Assembly: GCA_964461915.1 (NCBI GenBank)
Contig: CAYWVD010000001.1
Span: 26,211 to 90,210, forward strand
Source: an uncultured Candidatus Saccharibacteria bacterium
GTDB taxonomy: Bacteria > Patescibacteriota > Dojkabacteria > B142 > OLB20
DNA length: 64,000 bases
Direction: 5' to 3'
Shown here: positions 36,151 through 46,209 of the stretch, piece by piece
Position numbering within the stretch: the stretch's first letter is position 1
How the letters are laid out: every line of letters starts with the position of its first letter
The notes under the pieces: model-generated
What the model was told of the DNA's origin: nothing
What the model saw: only the letters and a program-made list of their open reading frames with translations
Database searches by the model: none
Program-made: the position numbers and the translations under genes

Positions 36151-37347
36151 ATGCTAAATAAATTTAAAAGTATTTTCCAAAATCACCAATTACTTAGTGT
36201 TTTTACTATCACAATCCTAAATCGACTGCTGGTTGTATTAATTGGCACTAGTCTTTTGAGTGGTGGACTATCTTTTAGTTTAGATAAAATCAATGAAAGC
36301 TTTACTTCTTGGGATGGGCTTCATTATTTAGATGTTGCAAATGAAGGCTATGATTCAACATACCCAACAGAAAGTCCTGAGGATTCCCTTTGCAATCAGG
36401 GGCTTGGTACTTGCCAAAGGAATTTTGCTTTTTTTCCGGTCTTTCCTTATTTAGTAAAAATTATTTCAGATGTGATTGATGTAAACCCCCAGACTGTGGG
36501 GATAGCTTTATCAAACTTTCTTTTCGCTTTATCCAGCGTCCTTTTATTTTTAATTGTCAAGAAACAGTTTTCCTTAAAAGTGGCCGTCTATTCATGGCTT
36601 GCAATGATTCTTTTCCCTGTGAATTATCTTTTCTCAGGATTCTTAACAGAATCAACATTTTTATTCTTACTCCTATTAACTTTTTACTTAGCTCTTGAAA
36701 AGAAGTGGTTGCTTGCTGGCCTTACTGGGGCTTTACTTTCGGCTACTCGTAATACCGGTATATTGATAATCTTTTCTCTATTATTGATATTTTTGGAACA
36801 GAATGATCTTTTCAGAAAATTCTCATTCAAAAGACTATTAAAAAGTTTAAAACCAAGTATCGTTTTTGCTTTAGTCTTTTCTGCTGTGGGTTTAATAGGC
36901 TTTATGCTATTTTTAAATTTACATGTTGGCGACCCTCTGGCATTCATCAATATCCAAGAGTATTGGGGAAAACCTGTGAATGGGATCTCACCAATACTTG
37001 CCATACCTTATTCAATCGTAAACTATGCATTAGAAGGCAGTCTGAAGATCCATCTATACAATTTGGCTTACTTTGCGGTATTTATAGGCTTAATGATTTG
37101 GGGGATTTTGAAAAAGAAAATTCCTTACTCGTTTTCTTTCGTAATGCTTTGGATCTTGGTCCCTTTACTTTCAGGCAGTATGCTTGCTTTACCAAGATAT
37201 ATCTCGGTTTTATTCCCAATGTATATTCTAATTGGGCTTTTAGTTTCAAAAAATAAATGGATTAGAGCAATCTATTTTATTTCGGCAAGTATTCTGTCGC
37301 TAATAGTTTTGAATTGGTATATCTCTGATTTATGGATAACCGTGTAA
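36151..37347 (+). CDS. Polytopic membrane protein, putative GT-C mannosyltransferase-like (PIG-V/DUF2029-like WD..HY..A..GY loop)
   Basis: 398 aa, roughly 9 TM helices. Extracytoplasmic loop motif WDGLHYLDVANEGY. Confidence 0.45.
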   Translation: MLNKFKSIFQNHQLLSVFTITILNRLLVVLIGTSLLSGGLSFSLDKINESFTSWDGLHYLDVANEGYDSTYPTESPEDSLCNQGLGTCQRNFAFFPVFPYLVKIISDVIDVNPQTVGIALSNFLFALSSVLLFLIVKKQFSLKVAVYSWLAMILFPVNYLFSGFLTESTFLFLLLLTFYLALEKKWLLAGLTGALLSATRNTGILIIFSLLLIFLEQNDLFRKFSFKRLLKSLKPSIVFALVFSAVGLIGFMLFLNLHVGDPLAFINIQEYWGKPVNGISPILAIPYSIVNYALEGSLKIHLYNLAYFAVFIGLMIWGILKKKIPYSFSFVMLWILVPLLSGSMLALPRYISVLFPMYILIGLLVSKNKWIRAIYFISASILSLIVLNWYISDLWITV

Positions 37348-37364
37348 TCTTAATATATCAAAAA

Positions 37365-37616
37365 TTAATCCAGTCTGAGGTTGTTTTGTGTACAAAAAGC
37401 TTTAATTGCAACTTCTATGATAGGCATCCTAAAGTGTGGCATTTCATTTGTCGGTGTGCTACCAATAAATATATGATATGCAGCATTATATTGTTGTTCT
37501 ATTGGTATTCTTTGGTTTGTCTCGTAAATCATGTCTTGGGCCATTATACGAATATTAGGGTCTTTCACATCAATGGCTTCATACATCTTATCCAATAGAT
37601 TGCAGGTTTCGCACAT
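37365..37616 (-). CDS. Small Cys-containing hypothetical protein (83 aa)
   Basis: ORF in a convergent spacer. Its N-terminal segment (CETC...DP...M...MIYE) weakly resembles the C-terminus of ORF 41659..42165. Confidence 0.3.
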   Translation of the reverse strand: MCETCNLLDKMYEAIDVKDPNIRIMAQDMIYETNQRIPIEQQYNAAYHIFIGSTPTNEMPHFRMPIIEVAIKAFCTQNNLRLD

Positions 37617-37642
37617 AAGATTTTTTACTGATATTTAATATT

Positions 37643-39544
37643 CTAATTAGTAATCCCCATTTGTTGTTTGGCGTAAGCAGTCAAATTACTTCTTGTTGAC
37701 CAAACTCTTTGTTCTTTGGTTAGGTATTGTTTTCTAAGTCTTAGGTTTTTTGGAGTGATCTCCAATATTTCATCTTTGGCTAAAAAGACTAGGGCGAATT
37801 CCAAAGTTAAAGGTATTACGGGTTTTAAAGCTGTTTGGGTGATTTCATCGTGTTTGATTCTAACGCCTGATTTTTGTCTTCCTTTACAAACATTAACTTC
37901 CATATCTTGTTCATACTTGTTTATTCCGACGATCATACCTTCGTAAACTTCGGTGCTTGGTGTGATGAATAGATCGCCTCTTTCCTGAATTGTATTTAAT
38001 GCATATCCCATGGATGTGCCGGGTTCTGAGGCCATGAGGACTCCTTTTCTATAGAGTTCCTCTTGGTGAACTTGTGGAACATAATCTAGGATATAGCTGT
38101 TTAAAACAGCATTACCCTTTGTGGCAGTAAGCAATTGGCTTCTAAGGCCAAATAGATTCCTTGTCAAAATCTTATATGTCATTCTAGTTTGGTTATTGTC
38201 AGTTTCGATATTTACGAGTTCGGCCTTTCTTTTGTTTAAGGCGTCGGTAACTGTTCCGATGAATTCTTCAGTAGTATCGATAAAAAGTTCCTCAAGAGGT
38301 TCGCATTTTTTGCCTTCGATCATTTGGAAAACGATCTCGGGCTTTTTGACTTGGAATTCATAACCTTCTCGTCTTAAAGTCTCAATTAAAATTGATAATT
38401 GCAATTCGCCTCGGCCTGCAACAAAGTATCCACCGCCATCAGCTTTAGTGATTGTTAGCGAAATATTTTGTGATTTTTCAAGTTCTAATCTTTGTTCGAT
38501 CTGCGTAGCGGTAACGAATTTACCTTCTCTTCCTACGAATGGCGAAGTATTGGCTTCGAATTTAATTTTTACTGCCGGAGGTGAAATTTTAATTTTTGGT
38601 AGGGCATCAAGATTCTGAGAATCACAGATAGTTCCACCAATTGCCATAGATTCGATTCCGGAAATTGCTGCGATTTCACCAGCTGATGCCGATTCAACTT
38701 CAACAAATTCTAAACCTTCTCTAACCATAACTGCTTTTACTCGGCCGGTTTCTCTTTCGGCTTTTTCCTCTGGACCATGTAAGACAACGATAGAATCCCC
38801 TGCTTTAACTGTTCCTCTATAGATTTTCCCAATCAAATATCTTCCTGTATGAACATCGTAATCTAGCGCATTGACTTGCATTTGAAGAGGTCCATCAATA
38901 TCTCCTTTAGGAGCTGGAACATATTCGATTACTTTATCAAGTATAGGAGTAAGATCTCCTGCTGTGGCATTTGCCATTGTCAAATCACCTTCTGGTAATT
39001 CTGTGAAAATCTTACCTTCTCTAGCAATTGCGTAAAAAATTGGGAAATCAAGTTGATCAATATCCGTAGCTAGTTTCAAGAATAAGTCGTTCAATTTACT
39101 GATAACCTTTGGAACGTTTGCATACTTTTTATCGATTTTATTGATTACGACAATGGGTTTGAGTGCAAGTTCCAATGCCTTTTTTAAGACGAATTCGGTT
39201 TGAGGCATAGGGCCTTCTTGCGCATCAACTACTAAAAGACAGCCATCGGCCATATTCAAAGTCCTTTCGACCTCTCCACCAAAATCAGCATGCCCCGGTG
39301 TATCAATTATGTTTATCTTGTAATCTTTGTACCTAATTGCAATGTTTTTTGCTTTGATCGTAATCCCTTTTTCTCTTTCTAATTCACCGGAATCAAGAAT
39401 CTGCTCTTGTTGCATCTCCATCTGATTATCTCTAAAAAGATGTGCCTGTTTTAAAAATCCGTCCACAAGAGTAGTTTTACCATGATCAACATGGGCAATA
39501 ATCGCAATGTTTCTAATGTTCTCTTGTTTAAGTTTGTTGTTCAT
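37643..39544 (-). CDS. typA: Translational GTPase TypA/BipA
   Basis: [19 protein letters not shown] (G1), DTPGHADF (G3), NKIDK (G4), and EF-G-like domains II-V. 633 aa. Confidence 0.9.
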   Translation of the reverse strand: MNNKLKQENIRNIAIIAHVDHGKTTLVDGFLKQAHLFRDNQMEMQQEQILDSGELEREKGITIKAKNIAIRYKDYKINIIDTPGHADFGGEVERTLNMADGCLLVVDAQEGPMPQTEFVLKKALELALKPIVVINKIDKKYANVPKVISKLNDLFLKLATDIDQLDFPIFYAIAREGKIFTELPEGDLTMANATAGDLTPILDKVIEYVPAPKGDIDGPLQMQVNALDYDVHTGRYLIGKIYRGTVKAGDSIVVLHGPEEKAERETGRVKAVMVREGLEFVEVESASAGEIAAISGIESMAIGGTICDSQNLDALPKIKISPPAVKIKFEANTSPFVGREGKFVTATQIEQRLELEKSQNISLTITKADGGGYFVAGRGELQLSILIETLRREGYEFQVKKPEIVFQMIEGKKCEPLEELFIDTTEEFIGTVTDALNKRKAELVNIETDNNQTRMTYKILTRNLFGLRSQLLTATKGNAVLNSYILDYVPQVHQEELYRKGVLMASEPGTSMGYALNTIQERGDLFITPSTEVYEGMIVGINKYEQDMEVNVCKGRQKSGVRIKHDEITQTALKPVIPLTLEFALVFLAKDEILEITPKNLRLRKQYLTKEQRVWSTRSNLTAYAKQQMGITN

Positions 39545-39713
39545 AGTAATAAAAAACCGACTTCTAAATCTAAGTCGGGATTAACATTCCATTCTCGTAT
39601 AAGATGGGGGAAATGTCAATGGCAAAATAGTTTTCACACTTTCGATATTCTGTGTCCTTCTTTGTTTCTTTTAAGTAATCGTCTAATTTTTCAATTTAAA
39701 GGAACAAAAAATA

Positions 39714-40361
39714 TTAGGCATCTGGATTAAGATAGTTGGGGTATATGAACCCATTATTATTACCTGACCAACCTGCCATTATTGTCTCAATAGGTTTTTG
39801 AATTGAGGACCTATCATTAAGCATACATAAATCAAAACTCAGAGCATCCTCTCCTTCGGGAACCAAAAGATCCCTAATGACACCCCTTTTTCTATCAAAG
39901 ATAACTGGTGGTAGAACCCGATACGACTCTCTTATGGGGCGACCGTATAATTGGAATAAAACAGGTAATAGTGATCCCTCTAAATTTGTTGGTGAGCGAA
40001 AACTTTCATTCTCACCAATTGTTCTATACCACCTTCTAAGTAGCATTGTTGTGTATGGGAAATACCCTGTGTATTGTGTTTCTTGTTGATAAAATGGCGT
40101 TAGATCTGTTGATCTTGTGTAACCTTGTATATCTAAGTTGGCCAGATAATTACCAATAAGGCTAATATATTTATTCGACTGCCTATTAACCTCTCGCCCT
40201 TTTAAATCATTCCATCTGTCTAATATAGGATCTGTAATTTCTCTTAATCCATCTGTAAATCTATTCTTATGTTTTTGAGTGATTCTGGGGTGTCCAGTCA
40301 GTTTATCATAATTATCTTTTAAACCATTAATAAAACCAATAAGAATAGGGTAATCTCCCAT
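39714..40361 (-). CDS. Hypothetical protein (215 aa)
   Basis: No recognisable motif. Composition is R/Y/P-rich and differs from neighbouring genes. Located downstream of the displaced nrdJ 3' copy. Confidence 0.4.
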   Translation of the reverse strand: MGDYPILIGFINGLKDNYDKLTGHPRITQKHKNRFTDGLREITDPILDRWNDLKGREVNRQSNKYISLIGNYLANLDIQGYTRSTDLTPFYQQETQYTGYFPYTTMLLRRWYRTIGENESFRSPTNLEGSLLPVLFQLYGRPIRESYRVLPPVIFDRKRGVIRDLLVPEGEDALSFDLCMLNDRSSIQKPIETIMAGWSGNNNGFIYPNYLNPDA

Positions 40362-40735
40362 TTTTTAAATCAAATAACATATGTTAATATTCTACCACAA
40401 TTGTATAAATATAGCAAGTATATATCGTAAGTTTTGATGAATAATCTACAAAACTAATCAATCAAATGTCTCTTGCATGAATATGTGTTTTAGTATATAT
40501 TCAACATATATTAAACATTTTCGGCTAAATGATATTAATATAGTATTATGAGTAGATTCCCATCAATAATAATTCGTTCTGGGCCAGAAAGCTCAGAAGC
40601 TACAATTACCTTAGGAAAAAAGGCCAACCCATACTAAGTGCCCTTTTTAGTATACTACCAAAATGTATTGATTTAACTGGTGAGCCAATACGAACTCAAC
40701 TTATTGCAGAAAGGCCAGGATGGTTAGTTCCTGCT

Positions 40736-41065
40736 TTGCCTGAAAATGGAATACTTGATATATTTGATAAAATTTTAGGGCAAAATGGTGTAAAGTATTT
40801 CCCAATATTTTTAAGATCAGCTCATAATAATGACTATAGAATGAATCCAGGCAACATAGTTGAAATATATACGCCTGAAAATCAATCGGCAGATTCTGGG
40901 ATTTTGGGATTATCTATTTCAGGAATGACTGTAGACAATAATGTAATGAGACTTTTGGAACAAAAGACTTCGGGGATTGTAAGGGTTGCTTCACCCGTCC
41001 TCCCGATTAGGGGAGAATTCATTGTAACAAATCTTTATCCGTCTTCTAAAGCATACACAAGCTAA
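40736..41065 (+). CDS. Hypothetical protein (109 aa)
   Basis: ORF whose last 6 codons run across the left edge of the nrdJ 3' duplication. Confidence 0.3.
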   Translation: MPENGILDIFDKILGQNGVKYFPIFLRSAHNNDYRMNPGNIVEIYTPENQSADSGILGLSISGMTVDNNVMRLLEQKTSGIVRVASPVLPIRGEFIVTNLYPSSKAYTS

Positions 41066-41621
41066 AACTACAGCTTACGCATTTTACGCAACCTTCGCTT
41101 TCGATTAGTACGGAGGAACATTCGGGGCAAATATCGCCACCAACTAGTTCGCGCATTGATTTTTTCCTTTGTTCTTTGATGACTTTTCTTTCGTTGTTTT
41201 CGGTCGATGAACCAAATTCAATGACTTGTGATGATTTGCTTCTATCTCGATAGATTGTGATGCCTTTGCAGCCCGATTCCCAGGCCGTCATATAGGCTTG
41301 TTCAACGACTGAGATCGTAGTGTCACTGGCAAGGTTGATTGTTTTTGTGATTGCGTTGTCGATGTATTTCTGCCATGCAGCTTGCATTTTGATGTGAGCC
41401 TTCCAAGGAATCTCGTGAGCTGTTAAGAATAGCTTTTTGACATGGGCTGGAATTTCTTTGATGTTTTGGATACTTCCATGATTCTCAAAGATCTTCTCGA
41501 AAAGATTATCGACTTGGATACCTTCGGCTTTGAGCATTCTTTCTAGCCTGTCATTAACATTTTTGATTCGCATCCCGCCCAAAACATTTTGGTAATAGGC
41601 GAGGGCAAAGTATGGTTCGAT
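41046..41621 (-). pseudogene. Orphan 3' fragment of a class II ribonucleotide reductase gene (duplicate of the last 191 codons plus stop of nrdJ)
   Basis: Translation is nearly identical to the C-terminal roughly 185 residues of the 727-aa NrdJ (…GGMRIKNVNDRLE…CPECSSVLIESEGCVKCVSCSFSLCML). The frame opens immediately after a TAA at the homology breakpoint. The segment carries no ATP cone, and it ends in TAG where nrdJ ends in TAA. Confidence 0.8.
41047..41621. repeat. Copy 1 of a 575-bp direct repeat (roughly 85-90% identical to 43031..43605, offset 1984 bp)
   Basis: Hand alignment of both ends: left junction taaagcatacacaagctaaa, right junction ...gcaaagtatgg[ct]tcgat. Flanks diverge on both sides. 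Confidence 0.85.
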
Positions 41622-41658
41622 TCGGTTTTATCAAAAATACTTTTCAAAACATTCTTGT

Positions 41659-42165
41659 TTATTTAGGTTTATACATAGGTGATATAACCATTTGTTGCAA
41701 TGGGTCTGGGTCGTTGTTTACTGCCTGGATTAGTGGATCACAGTCTCCTCTTCTATATATTGGACATCTTAAGCAAGTTTCAGCTACAGACATCATAAGT
41801 CTTAATGAGTTTGGTTGATAACGATAGTCGGAAAAGTCTTTAAAATAAAAATCTGTTTGACCTGGATTCCGTACAAAAATGATTTGTCCATTTTCAGAAC
41901 AACTTCTATCTCCCAATCCTCCCAATCTATGGAAAGCTGCTAGATTACACACGTTACCTCGAAACATTCGTTCTAAACAAGTTACAAGGCATTTTTGATT
42001 TTTAAATTGCCCAACAAGCAATAATTCTTGGATATTACCACTATCTTTGATTTCACCATATTGATCTCTATCAGTAAGAAGTATACCTCCATCCTCTTTG
42101 TGTTTAATTTTATTAGGTAAATCAAGAAACTCTAAATTTTCATGTATAAAAATACTTGTTTTCAT
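41659..42165 (-). CDS. Hypothetical Cys-rich protein (168 aa) located between the two nrdJ 3' copies
   Basis: Seven Cys including a C-terminal CLRCP...C cluster. No recognisable catalytic motif. Followed upstream by 860 bp of ORF-free AT-rich DNA. Confidence 0.45.
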   Translation of the reverse strand: MKTSIFIHENLEFLDLPNKIKHKEDGGILLTDRDQYGEIKDSGNIQELLLVGQFKNQKCLVTCLERMFRGNVCNLAAFHRLGGLGDRSCSENGQIIFVRNPGQTDFYFKDFSDYRYQPNSLRLMMSVAETCLRCPIYRRGDCDPLIQAVNNDPDPLQQMVISPMYKPK

Positions 42166-43029
42166 ATTATTTAAAGATTAAAACATAACATAATAGTTAT
42201 ATTTTAATTATATTGTTGTTATAGAAAAATGTCAAGCAATTCATATAATAATATTATGTTACTAAACCTTTTTACTTAAGTTTAATTATTTTAAAAATCT
42301 CTTGAAATTAACTCAATTATTTTTATGGTTTTTGGGGTGATTTCTAAATAATAAGAATAACTGATAAACCTAAGTTTTTTTATTTTCAAATATAAAATCT
42401 TAGAACAACTGATTTGGATATAATAGAAAGAATTTCAAATTAACTACAAAGTGAAAGTTCAATAATCACTGTGTTGTATACTTTGTCTTTATGTGTATTT
42501 TTCTTTTATTCATAAATCGTAATTTGATGTTTTATACCAAATAATCTTATGAACAAAAAAATGAAATATATGAATTTTAATCAGAAAACATTCTTAAAAT
42601 TGGTAGGCATTAATTCGTAGTATTTATTAATATGGAAGATGAATGTGTATGATTTATTCTAGCTGATTAGCTGGGATTAGGTAGGATAGAAAATTTAATA
42701 AATAAAGTTATGAGTCACACCTTCATAAAACAAAAAAGTGTTTTTAATTTGTAATTAAGAGGAAATAATTACTTTAAAGAATTAACTAGTATTAACCAAG
42801 AAGTTAATATAGCATTGCCCTTAATAAATTATATCGGTTTATATATAACAAATGGATCTATATATGGTTTAATAAAAAATAATAGTGGACTGTGTGTATT
42901 ATAATTGAGTTGTATGAAAGTAAATGGTAGATCGATATTTAAGCATATGTTTTCACACAAAAATTAAAACATAGATATTGTCAATCCACCAATTTTCTCT
43001 AAGAAAGCAATTTGATTAAAAAAAATTTT
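42166..43029. other. 860-bp ORF-free, extremely AT-rich tract (no ORF above roughly 50 codons on either strand)
   Basis: Direct inspection shows long A/T runs and the only sizeable non-coding interval in the window. It lies inside the nrdJ insertion footprint. Confidence 0.7.
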
Positions 43030-45213
43030 TTAAAGCATACACAAGCTAAAGCTACAGCTCACGCATTTTACACAGCCTTCGCTTTCGATTAGGACTGAAG
43101 AACATTCTGGGCAGGTATCGCCGCCAACTAGTTCTCGCATAGACTTTTTTCTTTGTTCTTTTATGACTTTTCTTTCGTTGTTTTCTGTAGAAGATCCGAA
43201 TTCAATTACTTGTGCTGACTTACTTTTATCTCGGTATATGGTGATGCCTTTGCAGCCCGATTCCCAGGCAGTCATGTAGGCTTGTTCAACGATTGAGATG
43301 GTCGTATCGCTTGATAAGTTGATCGTCTTTGTGATCGCATTATCGATATACTTCTGCCATGCAGCCTGCATTTTGATATGGGCTTTCCAAGGAATCTCGT
43401 GTGCTATTAAGAAAAGTCTCTTAATGTGTGAAGGTATCTCTTTTATATTTTGAATACTTCCGTGGTTTTCAAAGATCTTTTCAAAAAAATTGTCTATGTA
43501 AATACCTTCTGCTTTGAGCATTTTTTCAAGCCTGTCGTTAACATTTTTAATGCGCATGCCACCTAAAACATTCTGGTAATAGGCTAATGCAAAGTATGGC
43601 TCGATGCTATATGAAGTCCCAAAAATGACTGCATTACCACTACTTGGAGGTAATGTGTTTGTAGTTATGTTCCTTTGCTTCTTCCTATTATTTTTCCATG
43701 TTGATAATTCTAAGTATGGGAAAGGACCTTTTTCTTTACCAAGTTCGCATGATGCTTCGTGGCAGGCATCACTTATAGTTTTTGCAAGCTTTTCAGAAAG
43801 TTTAAAGGATTCTTCGCTTCCGTATGGAATTTTAAGTTCTGTTAAAACATCGGCAAGGCCAACGACACCAATGCCTATTCTTCGATAGCTAGGAATAGCC
43901 TTTCGTTGGCCTTCTACAGGAAACCATGATGTGTCGATCACATTGTCCATGAATCTTGTCGCTACTTTTGAAGTTTCGGCAAGCTTTTTGAAGTTGAACT
44001 TACCGTCCTCAACAAATCTGGTTAAATTTAGGTAACCCAAATTACAGGACTCATATGGATATTGTGGAATTTCTCCGCAAGGATTGGTAGCTTGGATGGG
44101 GCCAAAGGCTTTTTTAAGAGGATTATCACGATTAATTCTATCAATGAAAATAAGTCCCGGATCGCCTGTTCGATGTGCATAAGTTACAGCTAGTTCCCAA
44201 ATAGCTCGAGCTTTAAGTGTGTTTGTGACTTGGCCTGTTCTTGGATTGATCAAGTCCCAATTTTTATCTTTCTTGACGGCATTCATAAAATCATCGGTGA
44301 TTCCAATCGAGATATTTGTTTTTGATAAAATACCATCTTTTTCTTTGCAGTTGATGAATTCCAAAATATCGGGGTGGTTTACATTTAAGACGGCCATATT
44401 ACCGCTTTCATATCTTCCCTGTTGTCTGAAAATACTAGTTGGAAGATCAAACATTTTCATAAGTTCAATCGGACCAGCAGCTAAATCAGGTTCACCCCCT
44501 ACTGAATCGCCTCTTGGTCTGATCTTCGAGAAGTTATATCCGCAGCCACCACCGTGTTTTTTAGTAACGGAGGATTCGTATAAAGTCTTAAAAATATCAT
44601 CTATTGAATCTTTTATTTCAAACACAAAACAGTTTGCCATTTGGGGTTTTTCTTTTCCTGCATTTGCAAGGACTCTAGTGCCGGGCAAGAATCGCCATTC
44701 AGCCATTATCCTATAAAATTCTTTTGCCCATTTTTTTTGAAGAGCTGGAGTCTTTTCTGCTTTCCCAACAAAATTTGCAACTCTCTCCAACATTTTTTTA
44801 GGAGTTTCGATAGTTTTTCCCCTTTCGTCTTTTAAAAGATATCTTTCTTTGAGAATGAATAAGGAGTTATAGTCCAAGTGGCCTATGTCATCGATCACGC
44901 CGAGTTTTAATTTGCGAGTGTATTGTTCTCTTTTTCTTTCCCTGGAAATGATGAATTCCTTAACAGTAGTGTAGTGGCCTTTATTTACAAGAACTCTTTC
45001 TACTGCAGAACCAATATCAGATGTTGTTATCGGTTTTTCGGTAGGGTAAATGTCCGCAAGGTAGGTGATGACCTCTTGAGCAATGTCTTCTGCCATTTTT
45101 TTATCTTTCCCACCAACGTTTCGGGCCGCAGTCCAAATTGAATTACTTATTTTCTCGGAATTGAATGGCTCTAACCTTCCATCCCGCTTAATTACAAACT
45201 TGGGTAAAGTCAT
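43030..45213 (-). CDS. nrdJ: Adenosylcobalamin-dependent (class II) ribonucleoside reductase NrdJ, with N-terminal ATP cone and C-terminal Cys-rich tail
   Basis: ATP cone (VIKRDGRLEPFNSEKI). Class II active-site region (…NPCGEIP… with catalytic Cys). C-terminal CPECS…CVKCVSC zinc/redox motif. 727 aa. Confidence 0.85.
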   Translation of the reverse strand: MTLPKFVIKRDGRLEPFNSEKISNSIWTAARNVGGKDKKMAEDIAQEVITYLADIYPTEKPITTSDIGSAVERVLVNKGHYTTVKEFIISRERKREQYTRKLKLGVIDDIGHLDYNSLFILKERYLLKDERGKTIETPKKMLERVANFVGKAEKTPALQKKWAKEFYRIMAEWRFLPGTRVLANAGKEKPQMANCFVFEIKDSIDDIFKTLYESSVTKKHGGGCGYNFSKIRPRGDSVGGEPDLAAGPIELMKMFDLPTSIFRQQGRYESGNMAVLNVNHPDILEFINCKEKDGILSKTNISIGITDDFMNAVKKDKNWDLINPRTGQVTNTLKARAIWELAVTYAHRTGDPGLIFIDRINRDNPLKKAFGPIQATNPCGEIPQYPYESCNLGYLNLTRFVEDGKFNFKKLAETSKVATRFMDNVIDTSWFPVEGQRKAIPSYRRIGIGVVGLADVLTELKIPYGSEESFKLSEKLAKTISDACHEASCELGKEKGPFPYLELSTWKNNRKKQRNITTNTLPPSSGNAVIFGTSYSIEPYFALAYYQNVLGGMRIKNVNDRLEKMLKAEGIYIDNFFEKIFENHGSIQNIKEIPSHIKRLFLIAHEIPWKAHIKMQAAWQKYIDNAITKTINLSSDTTISIVEQAYMTAWESGCKGITIYRDKSKSAQVIEFGSSTENNERKVIKEQRKKSMRELVGGDTCPECSSVLIESEGCVKCVSCSFSLCML
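43031..43605. repeat. Copy 2 of the 575-bp direct repeat (3' end of the intact nrdJ)
   Basis: See copy 1. This copy is continuous with the full-length ORF. Confidence 0.85.
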
Positions 45214-45323
45214 AGATATGGCGTTAAAGATATAAAATAATTCCCTAAAGAAATTGGGGCAAAAAATTTCTCTGTCCGGGTCAAAAATATATTAGCAGAA
45301 AAATTTTGAACAAATCAAAGGAT

Positions 45324-46094
45324 TTATGCCTTTTCGGCAATTATTGTTAGGAATAGCGGAATCTCTTTACGGGCTGTATTTTCAGCTTTTTCTCTCGGGC
45401 CTTTTTCGCTTTTTTTCGGTGAAACCCACTCCTCAATATCGATAATTTTATACCCCGCAAATTTTAAACAGTGAAAATAGTACTCAAGAGGTCTATGGAA
45501 TGAATATGTTTTACTGGAATCAATAGATCCCGGATGCATAGTTATCGGAATCTCCTTATTAGTCATGTATTTTTCAATAATCCTATACTGTGAAGTGTTT
45601 CCATTAAATCCCCAAGATGAATTCTGAGGAATTCTAAATGCAGGATGATTAAGCACAAAAATGAACTTACCACCTGGCTTAAGGATGGAATTCAATTCGT
45701 TCAAAACTTTATTAAAATCTCTAATATTTTGTATGGCTAATATGGAAAAGGCTAGGTCGAATTGTTGTTTGTACTTGGCTTTGAAGTTTTCAGAATAATT
45801 TTCGCAATCTTCAACATAGAATGTATTTGGATAGTCTTCTTTTGCGGTCTCGATCAACTCTTCACCAAGGTCGATTCCTATCGATTCCTCGACAATATTC
45901 GTAATTTCGTTAGTGAAGTCCCCTGTACCACAGGCAAGATCAATAGCTTTAAGTTTGGATAGATCCTCTCTCTTAAAAAGAGAGTTAATAATTTGAATGA
46001 GTTTTGGGAAAATGATCAACTGATGATTGCTTTGTCTAGATTTCGGGACATCTTTATACCAGCTTGATTCGTGTCCCCAGTGTGTGTGATTCAT
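45324..46094 (-). CDS. Class I SAM-dependent methyltransferase
   Basis: Motif I IDLACGTGDFT and motif II/III LKPGGKFIFV. 256 aa. Confidence 0.7.
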   Translation of the reverse strand: MNHTHWGHESSWYKDVPKSRQSNHQLIIFPKLIQIINSLFKREDLSKLKAIDLACGTGDFTNEITNIVEESIGIDLGEELIETAKEDYPNTFYVEDCENYSENFKAKYKQQFDLAFSILAIQNIRDFNKVLNELNSILKPGGKFIFVLNHPAFRIPQNSSWGFNGNTSQYRIIEKYMTNKEIPITMHPGSIDSSKTYSFHRPLEYYFHCLKFAGYKIIDIEEWVSPKKSEKGPREKAENTARKEIPLFLTIIAEKA

Positions 46095-46209
46095 AATTAT
46101 GTGTGTAAACTAAAATAAAAATATTTATCAGCTTCATAATCAGTTACCAATTTCTCCCCATTTATTATACAATACCATTATCCATTTATTATTTTATTTT
46201 GAGGCAATC

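Noticed and set aside
45214-45323. An NrdR box or cobalamin riboswitch upstream of nrdJ
   Set aside because: The 110-nt leader is too short for a cobalamin riboswitch. Only a weak AT-palindrome (caaaaatatattag) resembles an NrdR box, and no nrdR gene is present in the window.
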